Positions 9,637 to 18,402 of a stretch of 64,000 bases of DNA are shown one piece after another. This stretch comes from Acidimicrobiales bacterium. Its GTDB lineage: Bacteria > Actinomycetota > Acidimicrobiia > Acidimicrobiales > Bog-793. A program made the position numbers and the translations under genes. Location: contig JBKQHU010000132.1 in NCBI GenBank assembly GCA_052148655.1, forward strand, positions 22,813 to 86,812, in the 5' to 3' direction. The notes beneath the pieces were generated by a model. The model was not told the origin of the DNA. It made no database searches and was given only the letters and a program-made list of their open reading frames with translations. How positions within the stretch are numbered: the first letter of the stretch is position 1; every line of letters begins with the position of its first letter.

Positions 9637-10241
9637 CGATGCGTTCAGCGGTCCTGCGGGGCGACACGGCGAGCCTGTCGGTCATCAGGCCGGAAGTGCT
9701 GCCCATCGACGGTGAGGCGCTCGTCTCCGAGCACGCCCGCGCACAACGGGAGGGCCGCTCAGCCGGCTATGCAGCCGGCCTGGCACAGGCTCGGGCCGAG
9801 GCGCAAGAAGCCGCCGAGACTGCCGCGGCCGCACAGGCCTCCGCGCTCGGGGCCCTCGAGGCTGCGATCGCCCAGGCCCGGAGCATTCTTGAGACCGAGC
9901 GGCAAGGACTGGAGCGCGCGGCCGCCGAGCTCGCCTTCAAGATCACAGAGGCCATGGTCGGCCGTGAACTGAAGCTCTCCTCGTCTCCCGGCCTCGAGGC
10001 GGTCCGACGGGCTCTGGCCGAGTCGCCCGAGAGCGACGGGGCCGTGGTCCGCTTGAACCCGGCCGACGCGGAAGCCCTCGGCGACTCCCCGGAGCTGAAC
10101 TCCATGACGATCGTCCCGGACCCGTCGATAGGGGTGGGGGGATGCGTTCTCGAGGTGGGGGCCGCCTTCGTGGACGCGCGGATCGAAGCTTCGCTCGCAC
10201 GGGTGCGTGAGGTTCTCAACGAAGCGGCCGGGAAACCATGA
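9633..10241 (+). CDS. fliH: flagellar export apparatus protein FliH
   Basis: GTGA overlap with fliG (alternative ATG at 9639). Ala/Glu-rich coiled region and C-terminal GGCVLEVGAAFVDARIEASL. It sits before fliI. Confidence 0.7.
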   Translation: MTMRSAVLRGDTASLSVIRPEVLPIDGEALVSEHARAQREGRSAGYAAGLAQARAEAQEAAETAAAAQASALGALEAAIAQARSILETERQGLERAAAELAFKITEAMVGRELKLSSSPGLEAVRRALAESPESDGAVVRLNPADAEALGDSPELNSMTIVPDPSIGVGGCVLEVGAAFVDARIEASLARVREVLNEAAGKP

Positions 10242-11560
10242 CTGCCCTCTTGGAGGCCGTCCGGGACCAGGCCGTGCAAGCGGCCCGCCCCCGCCGTTAC
10301 GGGCGTGTGGTGCGCATGGTCGGCATGTCCATCGAGGTGGTCGGTATCGGGCTTGCGATCGGCGACGGCTGCCTGCTGTTGCGCGAGGGCCAGGATCCGG
10401 TCCTGGCCGAGGTCGTCGCCTTGAGCGGAGAACGCGTCACGTGCCTTCCCTACGGCGACACGACAGGACTGAGCGTCGGCGCCCTCGTCGAGGACACGCG
10501 CGGCCCACTTCCCGTCCGCGTCGGTGAGGAGCTCCTCGGCCGCGTCCTCGACGGGCTCGGCCGGCCGATCGACGACGGACCCGCGCTCGTCGGGCTCGAG
10601 GAAGCCAGCATCGAGGGTTCACCACCGCATCCGCTCAGGCGCGGCATGGTGTCGCAGCAGCTGGAGCTCGGAGTGCGTGTCCTCGACGGGCTGGTCCCTT
10701 GCGGCCGGGGCCAGCGTCTCGGGATCTTCGCGGGCTCTGGAGTCGGCAAATCCTCCCTCATGTCGATGATCACGAGGGGGACAGCGGCCGACGTGGCCGT
10801 CATCGCCCTCGTCGGTGAGCGGGGCCGGGAGGTGGCCGAGTTCGTCGAGAAGGTCCTCGGCACAGAAGGCAGGCGCAGATCGGTTGTCGTCGTAGCCACC
10901 TCGGACGCGCCCGCGCTCGTACGCATCCGCGCCGCGTTTCTCGCCACGCGCATCGCCGAGTGGTTCCGCGACCAGGACCGCCACGTGCTGTTGTTGATGG
11001 ACTCGCTCACCCGCTTCGCCATGGCGCAACGCGAGGTGGGCCTCGCTGCCGGAGAGCCACCGGCGACCCGCGGCTACCCGCCGAGCGTGTTCGGTCTGCT
11101 GCCGCGTCTTTTGGAGCGCGCCGGGATGGCCGAGCGGGGCTCGATCACCGGCCTGTACACCGTCCTCGTCGAAGGCGACGACATGAACGAGCCCATCGCG
11201 GACACGGCCAGGTCGATCCTGGACGGGCACGTGCAGCTCTCCCGGCAGCTGGCCGAGTCCAACCACTACCCGGCGGTCGACGTCCTCGGCTCGATCTCAC
11301 GTTTGGCCCCCGCCATCACCGACGCGGAGGCCCTCGCCGCGGCCGGTGAGGTGCGGCGGATGCTGTCGGCCTGGCGCGACGCCAAGGACCTGATCGAGAT
11401 CGACGCCTACGTCCCCGGCACCAATCCCACGGTGGACAAGGCAATCGCCTTCAAACCCGCCATCGACGCCTACACACGCCAGTCGATGGCGGAGCAGTCT
11501 CGGCTCGAGCAGACTCGGGCAGGCCTGCTCACCCTGGCCGGCCCGGGGGTCGGGTCATGA
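10238..11560 (+). CDS. fliI: flagellum-specific ATPase FliI
   Basis: ATGA overlap with fliH. Walker A motif GSGVGKSSL, Walker B motif LLLMDSLTRFA, and an F1/T3SS-ATPase-like product throughout. Confidence 0.95.
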   Translation: MTALLEAVRDQAVQAARPRRYGRVVRMVGMSIEVVGIGLAIGDGCLLLREGQDPVLAEVVALSGERVTCLPYGDTTGLSVGALVEDTRGPLPVRVGEELLGRVLDGLGRPIDDGPALVGLEEASIEGSPPHPLRRGMVSQQLELGVRVLDGLVPCGRGQRLGIFAGSGVGKSSLMSMITRGTAADVAVIALVGERGREVAEFVEKVLGTEGRRRSVVVVATSDAPALVRIRAAFLATRIAEWFRDQDRHVLLLMDSLTRFAMAQREVGLAAGEPPATRGYPPSVFGLLPRLLERAGMAERGSITGLYTVLVEGDDMNEPIADTARSILDGHVQLSRQLAESNHYPAVDVLGSISRLAPAITDAEALAAAGEVRRMLSAWRDAKDLIEIDAYVPGTNPTVDKAIAFKPAIDAYTRQSMAEQSRLEQTRAGLLTLAGPGVGS

Positions 11561-12006
11561 AGGCCTACTCCTTCCGACTCGGGGCAGTGCTCCGCGTGCG
11601 TCGTGTCGAGACCCTGCTGGCACGCCAGCGCGTGGGTGCTGCCGCCCGTGTCCTCGGCCGGGCGGTCGTTCGCGAACGGGAGATCACCGCGGCGTATGAG
11701 GACGGGACCCGTCCTTCGGGTTGCCTCGACGGCACGGCCTTCCTCGCTTCTTACGAACGCGGAGAACGCCTCGCAGGAATGCTCGTGTCGGCCGCGGAGG
11801 TCCGCTCGGCGCGCGAGGCCCGTCTCGGCTCGGAACGTCTCGAGGCTGTCCTCGCCGAGCGGCGGGTCGCCGTGCTGGAGAGGCTCGACGAGCGGCGGCG
11901 GCTGGAATGGCTGGCAGCCGTCCAGCACGAGGACGTGGCGGTGCTCGACGACTTCGCCACAGGCCGCGCCGCGGCCGGAGCAATGACGGCGGTCCGCGAT
12001 GATTGA
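11557..12006 (+). CDS. fliJ: flagellar export chaperone/stalk protein FliJ (positional call)
   Basis: ATGA overlap with fliI. The 149-aa product is Arg/Glu/Ala-rich and looks like a coiled coil. It sits immediately after fliI. Confidence 0.6.
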   Translation: MKAYSFRLGAVLRVRRVETLLARQRVGAAARVLGRAVVREREITAAYEDGTRPSGCLDGTAFLASYERGERLAGMLVSAAEVRSAREARLGSERLEAVLAERRVAVLERLDERRRLEWLAAVQHEDVAVLDDFATGRAAAGAMTAVRDD

Positions 12007-13120
12007 CCAGATCGCCGCCGTGCCCTCGTTCATCGCCCAGATCGAGGCCCAGTTCGCCCAGTTCACGCCGTCGACGACACCCGGGACAGCTGTTCTCCCG
12101 GCTCCGAGCGACCCGTTCTCGGTCCTTCTCGACGCCGCGACGGGCACGTCGGGCTCTTCCGGCACCTCGACGACGTCCGAATCGGCATCGTCAGAGGTAG
12201 ACCCCCAGCTGGTGTCCTTGGTGAGCGCGTCGCCGGCGGCGCTCGAGACGCCCGATGCGGTGATCGGCTCTTCGGCATCGGGGTCGGCGATCGTCTCGGA
12301 GGCGTCGAAGTTCCTCGGCGTTCCCTACGTATGGGGCGGCGAGTCGCCGAGCGGCTTCGACTGCTCGGGTCTCGTGCAGTACGTCTTCGGCCAGCTCGGC
12401 GTACAGGTGCCCCGAGGCTCGGTCGACCAGTCCGAGGTCGGCACCCCTGTCGCCAGCCTTTCGGAGGCTCAACCCGGCGACCTGCTCTTCTTCGAGCCCG
12501 GGGAGAACGGTGCACCCCCTGGAAAGCCCGGTCACGTCGCCATCTATGTCGGCAACGGCCAGATGATCGATGCTCCCGAGACCGGCGAGACGGTGCAGGT
12601 GCAGCCAGTCCCGTGCGAGCCACTGGCGATCCGCAGGATCGCGGTGCCCGTCGAGGCGAGCGTGGACACCGCCAGTGCCGGCACCGTCGCCACTGCCACC
12701 GCGGGCCAAAGCGTCCAAATGGGCTCGATCGCCGTGCCGGCGAAGTACGCCGGTCTCGTCGAGCAGGCCTCCGCCAGTAGCGGCACACCGGCCTCGTTGC
12801 TGGCCGCGATCCTCTACAACGAGTCGCGTTTCCAACCCAACGTGGTGTCCTCGGCCGGCGCGCAGGGCATCGCCCAGTTCATGCCGGCCACTGCGTCCGC
12901 CAACGGGGTCGACCCCTTCGACCCATCTTCGGCGATCCCGGGCGCAGCCAACCTGCTCGCCCAGTTCCACGCCGCCTTCGGCTCGTGGGCCGACGCCATC
13001 GCCGCCTACGCGGCCGGTGGCGGCGCCGTCGAAGCCGCCGGTGGCGTACCGCAGGACGGGAGCACACCTGCCTACGTGGCCAAGACCCTCGCCGAGGCCG
13101 GCATGGCGGCGGGATCATGA
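11999..13120 (+). CDS. bifunctional peptidoglycan hydrolase: NlpC/P60 endopeptidase + SLT-type lytic transglycosylase domains
   Basis: P60 block GVPYVWGGESPSGFDCSGLV...GHVAIYVGNGQMIDAP (about nt 12287-12634). SLT block LLAAILYNESRFQPNVVSSAGAQGIAQFMPAT (about nt 12731-13033). No Sec-type signal peptide is visible. Confidence 0.8.
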   Translation: MIDQIAAVPSFIAQIEAQFAQFTPSTTPGTAVLPAPSDPFSVLLDAATGTSGSSGTSTTSESASSEVDPQLVSLVSASPAALETPDAVIGSSASGSAIVSEASKFLGVPYVWGGESPSGFDCSGLVQYVFGQLGVQVPRGSVDQSEVGTPVASLSEAQPGDLLFFEPGENGAPPGKPGHVAIYVGNGQMIDAPETGETVQVQPVPCEPLAIRRIAVPVEASVDTASAGTVATATAGQSVQMGSIAVPAKYAGLVEQASASSGTPASLLAAILYNESRFQPNVVSSAGAQGIAQFMPATASANGVDPFDPSSAIPGAANLLAQFHAAFGSWADAIAAYAAGGGAVEAAGGVPQDGSTPAYVAKTLAEAGMAAGS

Positions 13121-14571
13121 CCAGGTCCGTCACTCTCGCCGACCTGATGCCTTCCCGCGTTGACCCGACGGCCAAGCCCGCCGCCGCCGGCTCCTCAGCC
13201 GAGGACGCCCTCGAAACGGGGATTACACCCTGTTTCGCCCAGGCTCTGGAAACTGCCGGCTCTGCTGACATAAACAGCGAAAAGGAGAACCGCCAGGGCG
13301 AAAGCGGCCACAACGCCGACCGCGACACCGACCCGGTTACCACGACCGCAACAACCAGGCCGACGGGCAACCCAACTCCCGGCCCGGTCGGAGTGTCGTT
13401 GGCCCCGCTCGTCGGTTGCGAGCCGCCCCATGACATCGCCACCTGTCCGCCGTTGCCGCAGGCTCCGGCTCGAAACAGCGTCGAGACACCCCCAAAGGAC
13501 ACCGCGAGCCGCAACGACGGCTCTTCGCACAAACTCCCGGCCTCGCACGACAACCTGGCTGCCCACACTCAGGCGTCGCAGCTGACGGCGCCTCGGCCTG
13601 CGCAAGGTCCTCCGCCCTCGCAAGGGCCCGCACCGCAGTCGAACCAGGTCGCGGCCGGCGCTATGGCGCCGGCGCCGGACGTTGCACCTACACCCTCGGC
13701 GCCGCCCACCGTCGCTGCCGATTCGCCGGCAGCAGGTCGCGTCCCGTCTACCGCCGGTGTCGTCTCCTCGGCCGCCACCGAAACGCTTCCAGCGCACGCC
13801 GGCGCATGGGGTGGCGCCACCCAAGCCACGAGCGAGCTGACCGCCCCACCCGGACTCCCAGACGATGAGAGCTCCCAAGTGCCGCCCGCGCCAGGCACTA
13901 CGGCAACTCGGCCGGTGGCTGCTACGCCGCCTCCGCGGGCTGTCTTGTCGCAGGATCCGCCTGCATCCCCTCACGGCGATGCAGGCGCGCAGCTTCGTGA
14001 TTCCAACGCCAGCGGGGACGACACTGCCGGACAGGTGGCCCGCCACGGCGCGACCGTAGGGGCCGCTGCCTCACAGCCCGTCGTCGAGTCGATGTCGACA
14101 CCCGTCGTCACGACAGACTCCGGGGAGTTCGCCGTCCGTCTCGACCACGCCACGGCACAACCGCCGCGCTCGGACTTCGTCGTCTCCAACAACGTGCTCA
14201 CGGCGACGCTCTCCAAGCCCCTGAGCGAGGGAAATGGCACGTACTCCGTGACGGCGATGCTCAACCCACCGTCGCTCGGCCACATGCAAGCGGTCGTGAA
14301 AGTCGACGGGACGAACGTCAACGTCGCCATCGTCGCCCACACCCCCGAAGGCCATCGCGCCATCGCGGCGCACTTGGACGAGCTGCGGACCGAGCTCCAG
14401 GCACGCGGCGGGGACGTCCAGCTGTCACTCTCCGACGGCGGCGCCAAGGGCGGCCGACGCGACCGGTCCGAGCCGCCGCCCGCCGCCACTCAAGAAAGCG
14501 AACAAGCCGACACTCTCGTCCTCAGCGTTACCCCGGTCTACGGGGCCAAGTCGCTGCACGTGATCCTCTAG
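13117..14571 (+). CDS. fliK: flagellar hook-length control protein FliK
   Basis: ATGA overlap with the preceding gene. Pro/Ala-rich centre and a C-terminal Flg_hook-like block LNPPSLGHMQAVVKVDGTNVNVAIVAHTPEGHRAIAAHLDELRTELQARG. The upstream part of track ORF 12985.. is spurious. Confidence 0.75.
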   Translation: MTRSVTLADLMPSRVDPTAKPAAAGSSAEDALETGITPCFAQALETAGSADINSEKENRQGESGHNADRDTDPVTTTATTRPTGNPTPGPVGVSLAPLVGCEPPHDIATCPPLPQAPARNSVETPPKDTASRNDGSSHKLPASHDNLAAHTQASQLTAPRPAQGPPPSQGPAPQSNQVAAGAMAPAPDVAPTPSAPPTVAADSPAAGRVPSTAGVVSSAATETLPAHAGAWGGATQATSELTAPPGLPDDESSQVPPAPGTTATRPVAATPPPRAVLSQDPPASPHGDAGAQLRDSNASGDDTAGQVARHGATVGAAASQPVVESMSTPVVTTDSGEFAVRLDHATAQPPRSDFVVSNNVLTATLSKPLSEGNGTYSVTAMLNPPSLGHMQAVVKVDGTNVNVAIVAHTPEGHRAIAAHLDELRTELQARGGDVQLSLSDGGAKGGRRDRSEPPPAATQESEQADTLVLSVTPVYGAKSLHVIL

Positions 14572-14579
14572 GAGGGCCG

Positions 14580-15059
14580 ATGATCCAATCAATCTCCTCA
14601 GTCGCCCCGCTCGCCGGCACATCCGCCCCTACAAGCGACGACACGACCTCTTCGGCCACGAGCTCGACTCAGAGCTCGGGGATGAGCGCCCTCTTGGCGC
14701 CGAACGAGTTCTTGAGCCTGCTCGTCGACAACCTCAAGTACCAGGACCCGCTCGACCCGACGAGCAGCGCAGACCTGCTCACCCAACTCGCCTCGCTGTC
14801 CCAGGTGCAGACCCAACAGCAGATCGCCGAGACGGACCAGACCTCCGCAGCGGCGAATCTCATAGGCGACACCATCACGGGAAGCGACGTGTCGGGGTCG
14901 CCCATCACTGGCGTCGTCAGCGGATTCTCCATCACCTCGAGCGGACCGACACTCGACGTCGGCGGCAGCTCGGTGCTGCTCGGCAACATAAGCGCCGTCG
15001 ACCAGACCCCGACCGGTTCCACGTCCACGCCATCGAATACGTCCGGCGCGTCCGGATGA
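14580..15059 (+). CDS. flgD: flagellar hook capping/assembly protein FlgD
   Basis: GGAGGG RBS. FlgD N-terminal block NEFLSLLVDNLKYQDPLDPTSSADLLTQLASLSQVQ. Confidence 0.85.
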   Translation: MIQSISSVAPLAGTSAPTSDDTTSSATSSTQSSGMSALLAPNEFLSLLVDNLKYQDPLDPTSSADLLTQLASLSQVQTQQQIAETDQTSAAANLIGDTITGSDVSGSPITGVVSGFSITSSGPTLDVGGSSVLLGNISAVDQTPTGSTSTPSNTSGASG

Positions 15060-15113
15060 GCTACGAGAACAGACCCGAAAGATCAGGACAACCCACAGGA
15101 AAGGGATGACAGC

Positions 15114-16379
15114 ATGCCCGTCATATCACTCGCCGCCGCCGACTCGGGTATCAGCACGATGCAGACCGAGATCGACACCATAGGGAACAACGTCGCCAAC
15201 GCCGACAGCGACGGCTACCAGCAAGCCGACGTCCAGTTCTCGGACATCCTCACCCAGGAGCTCGCCCCGGGGAGCGGGGCCTCGACGGGCCTGGCCAGCA
15301 CCGACCCGGCCACGGTCGGCGCCGGCGCCCAGGTTGCGGCCATGCAGACAAACTTCAACCAGGGCGCCATCGTGCAAACCGGCGTGCCGACCGACGCCGC
15401 CATCCAGGGCAACGGCTTTTTCGTGGTCTCGGAGGGGGCCAACACGTACTACACCCGTGACGGGGACTTCCAGCTGGATGTCAACGGCACTCTCGCCGCC
15501 GCCAACGGCGCCGTCGTGCAGGGCTGGGCCGGGACGACCTCCACGACCGGGCCGACCGGGCCGATCACCATCCCGAGCAGCATGACGATCCCCCCGCAGG
15601 AGACCGCGAACGTCACCATGGGCGGCAACATCCCCTCGGGCGGCACCGCTTTCACCACGACGGCGACGATGTACGACGCCCAGGGCAACGCCGTGCCGCT
15701 GACGCTCACCTACACACCGTCCACGAGCACCCCGAACGTGTGGACGATGCAGGCGAGCGTCAACGGGACCAACCTTTTCAGCTCCGGTGTCGCGCTCACG
15801 TTCGACTCGACGGGCCAGCTCGAGAGCTACACGGTCGACGGCGGTGCCTCCCAGAAGGTCACGGGCCAGGCGTCCATACCCACGACCCAAGCGCTCCCGA
15901 CGGGCTTCAACTGGAACGAGAAGGCGATCGACTTCGTCTTCCCGGCGTCCACCTCCAACGACGCCGTCACCCAGTACACGACCGAGCAAACCGTGGGCGC
16001 GGCGAGTCAGGACGGTTACACCGAGGGAAGCCTCCAGTCCTGGTCGATCGGCCAGAACGGGGTCATCACCGGAACCTTCACGAACGGCCAGTCCGAGCAG
16101 CTCGGAACGATCGCCCTCGCGAACTTCTCGAACCCGGGCGGCCTCGACAACCTCGGCAACCTCCAGTACCAGACCACCGCTGCGTCGGGCCTCCCCCAGA
16201 CCGGAACCCCGGGTTCGGCCGGGCGGGGCACGCTCCTCGGTGGAGCGCTCGAGCAGTCCAACGTCGACCTCGCCAACCAGCTGACGAGCCTCATCGAGGC
16301 CCAGACCGACTACGAGGCTGACACCAAGGTCGTCTCGAGCACAGAAACCGCCCTACAGGCGCTCGTCACCAACGCCTGA
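15114..16379 (+). CDS. flgE: flagellar hook protein FlgE
   Basis: N-terminal IDTIGNNVANADSDGY, FFVV...YYTRDGDF, and C-terminal LEQSNVDLANQLTSLIEAQTDYEADTKVV. Confidence 0.9.
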   Translation: MPVISLAAADSGISTMQTEIDTIGNNVANADSDGYQQADVQFSDILTQELAPGSGASTGLASTDPATVGAGAQVAAMQTNFNQGAIVQTGVPTDAAIQGNGFFVVSEGANTYYTRDGDFQLDVNGTLAAANGAVVQGWAGTTSTTGPTGPITIPSSMTIPPQETANVTMGGNIPSGGTAFTTTATMYDAQGNAVPLTLTYTPSTSTPNVWTMQASVNGTNLFSSGVALTFDSTGQLESYTVDGGASQKVTGQASIPTTQALPTGFNWNEKAIDFVFPASTSNDAVTQYTTEQTVGAASQDGYTEGSLQSWSIGQNGVITGTFTNGQSEQLGTIALANFSNPGGLDNLGNLQYQTTAASGLPQTGTPGSAGRGTLLGGALEQSNVDLANQLTSLIEAQTDYEADTKVVSSTETALQALVTNA

Positions 16380-16571
16380 TCACCTCCAGCGCTCTGAGGT
16401 CCTCACATGTCACGACTCGGATCAGAAATGGCTCGAATCGGCAAGCAACGACGCTTTCGCGCCGTTATTAACTCGGAGGACGAGTGGGGAGCAACAGCCT
16501 CCCTTCTCACTGCGCTGTGGTGTGACGTTTTCTCAGAGGTCGGCAAGCCGATAGCTCCGGAGGGAGAAGCG

Positions 16572-16862
16572 GTGATCCTGGTCACCAAGAAGGACGGGAC
16601 GACGACCGCTTTGAACATCGACCGCATCGAGCGCGTCGAGCTCAACCCGGTCTCTCTCGGACGGGAGTCGAACGTCTTTTTGGTCGGGGGAGCCCATCTC
16701 GTCGTCGAAGAACCCCCGGAGGTCGTCATCGAGCAGATCGTCGACGCCAAGGCGCGTGTCACCGCCCGCGCCTTCGCCATGCCCGAGAAGGAATGGAGGG
16801 TCCCCGGCGAACCACCGGGTCCGGTGCTTCGAGTTGTGCCAACGGGAGGCGATGACGAGTGA
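16572..16862 (+). CDS. flbD: flagellar protein FlbD
   Basis: GTG at 16572 has GGAGGGAG about 9 nt upstream. The product VILVTKKDGTTTALNIDRIERVEL...VFLVGGAHLVVEEPPEVVIEQI is FlbD-like. The 55-aa N-terminal extension from ATG 16407 has no FlbD counterpart. Confidence 0.7.
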   Translation: MILVTKKDGTTTALNIDRIERVELNPVSLGRESNVFLVGGAHLVVEEPPEVVIEQIVDAKARVTARAFAMPEKEWRVPGEPPGPVLRVVPTGGDDE

Positions 16863-17650
16863 CTCCCGTTGGCATCGTCGTCGCGCTTGGCTCGATCTTC
16901 ATGGCGATGATCATGGATCACGGCAAGCCGATGACGATTGTCAGCATCCCTTCGATGATCCTCGTGCTCGGCGGCACCCTCGGTGTCTCGATGGCAGGGG
17001 TCAACAAGCACGACCTCAAGCCGGTTCGTGGGGCGTTCCGTGCCGCCATCAAGAACAAGGTGACCTGGCATGCCGGTGACTTCAACGAGCACCTGATGAA
17101 GGTCGCCAAGGAGGCACGGACCATGGGGCTTCTGGCCCTCGAGAACGGGCTGCCGGAGGCGAAGATCGACCCGTTCGTGCGCAACGGCGTCGAGCTCATC
17201 ACGACGACCTCGGACCCCGAACGGGTCCGCAACGTGCTCGACGCCGAGATCGTCGGAATGCGCGCCCGCCACCGCGTCGGCATCAAGTTCTTCCAGGACA
17301 TGGGCGGCTTCGCCCCGACCATAGGGATACTCGGGACCGTCATCGGCCTGGTACGCGTGCTGGGCGACCTCTCCGCGCCCGCGACGCTCGGGCCTGCGAT
17401 CGCGAGCGCCTTCACGGCGACGCTTTGGGGTGTCATGACGGCGAACATCTTCTGGATCCCGATATCGAACAAGCTGAAGCGCCTCTCCGATGACGAGGTG
17501 CGCCGCAAGGAGCTCGTCATCGAAGGGCTCTTGGCCGTACAAGAGGGCCTCACGGGTCCCCAGCTGCGTGACCGCCTCGACCCGTTCCTCGCCCCCCGCG
17601 AGCGCTCCGAGCAGGCAAGGAGCGGCTCTGCCGAGGAGTCGGCGGCATGA
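16859..17650 (+). CDS. motA: flagellar stator protein MotA
   Basis: GTGA overlap with flbD. Four TM segments and the C-terminal MotA/TolQ/ExbB block GFAPTIGILGTVIGLV...AFTATLWGVMTANIFWIP. Confidence 0.9.
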   Translation: MTPVGIVVALGSIFMAMIMDHGKPMTIVSIPSMILVLGGTLGVSMAGVNKHDLKPVRGAFRAAIKNKVTWHAGDFNEHLMKVAKEARTMGLLALENGLPEAKIDPFVRNGVELITTTSDPERVRNVLDAEIVGMRARHRVGIKFFQDMGGFAPTIGILGTVIGLVRVLGDLSAPATLGPAIASAFTATLWGVMTANIFWIPISNKLKRLSDDEVRRKELVIEGLLAVQEGLTGPQLRDRLDPFLAPRERSEQARSGSAEESAA

Positions 17651-18402
17651 GGACCGGGCGACCCTATCGGGCGGTGAGCTCCACCGAGGAGGGCGGCGAG
17701 GAGGAGCCGGCCGGGATGGAACGTTGGCTGCTCACCTACTCCGACATGATCACCTTGCTCCTGGCCCTGTTCGTCGTGCTCTACGCCCTCGGCAGCCTGA
17801 ACCACGTCAAGTACTCGGAGTTCGCCAAGGGGATGAACGTCTCGTTCAACAACGGGAACAGCCAACCCTCCTCCGCCCGCACGCTACCCTCGAAGCACCC
17901 CGGCGACAACGCCGTCGAGAGGTACGCGGCGTCGCTCGGGACCGTCGAGGCTCAGCTGCGCGGGGCCCTGATCAAAGCCGGCCTGATGAAAGACGTGCAA
18001 CTGACCGCCGGGCCCGGCGGCCTCGTCGTGGGGCTCATCACGGGCAGGACCTACTACGGCGTCGACTCGGCTGCCCTGAGCCCCCTCGGTGCCGAGGTCG
18101 TGGACATCACCGGGCAAGTGATCCGGGCGCACACGAACCCGGTGAACGTCGAGGGATTCACCGACAACGAGCCGATCACAGGCGGTCCTTACCGGGACAA
18201 TTGGCAGCTCTCCGCCGAACGCGCCGTCGTGGTGGTCGAGCGCCTGCAGGATGTCGCCCACGTCAACCCGGCTCAGCTGTACATCGTCGGCTTCGGCCAG
18301 TACCACCCCATCGTGCCCAACAGCTCGACGGCGAACCAGGCCAAGAACCGCCGCGTCAACATCGTCATCACTGTGCCGGGCCAGAAAGTAGCCCTGCCAT
18401 GA
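17647..18402 (+). CDS. motB: flagellar stator protein MotB (OmpA-like C-terminal domain)
   Basis: ATGA overlap with motA. TM segment with the conserved Asp (WLLTYSDMITLLLALFVVL). OmpA-like block VEGFTDNEP...NWQLSAERA...NRRVNIVI. Confidence 0.9.
   Translation: MRTGRPYRAVSSTEEGGEEEPAGMERWLLTYSDMITLLLALFVVLYALGSLNHVKYSEFAKGMNVSFNNGNSQPSSARTLPSKHPGDNAVERYAASLGTVEAQLRGALIKAGLMKDVQLTAGPGGLVVGLITGRTYYGVDSAALSPLGAEVVDITGQVIRAHTNPVNVEGFTDNEPITGGPYRDNWQLSAERAVVVVERLQDVAHVNPAQLYIVGFGQYHPIVPNSSTANQAKNRRVNIVITVPGQKVALP

Noticed and set aside
12985-13116. N-terminal extensions given by the ORF track for fliK (12985). The same applies to fliM (17490), flhB (21396), flgL (28200), fabG (91) and fliA (40068).
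   Set aside because: The extensions overlap the preceding gene in another frame and are Arg-rich. In each case the homologous protein begins at an internal start that overlaps or abuts the upstream stop codon.
16403-17542. A 379-aa minus-strand ORF over flbD and motA. Similar cases are 24017..25369 over flhA, 37113..38414 over the giant GT and 21600..22904 over flhB.
   Set aside because: All are antisense to genes with strong family motifs, and all have products that do not look like proteins.
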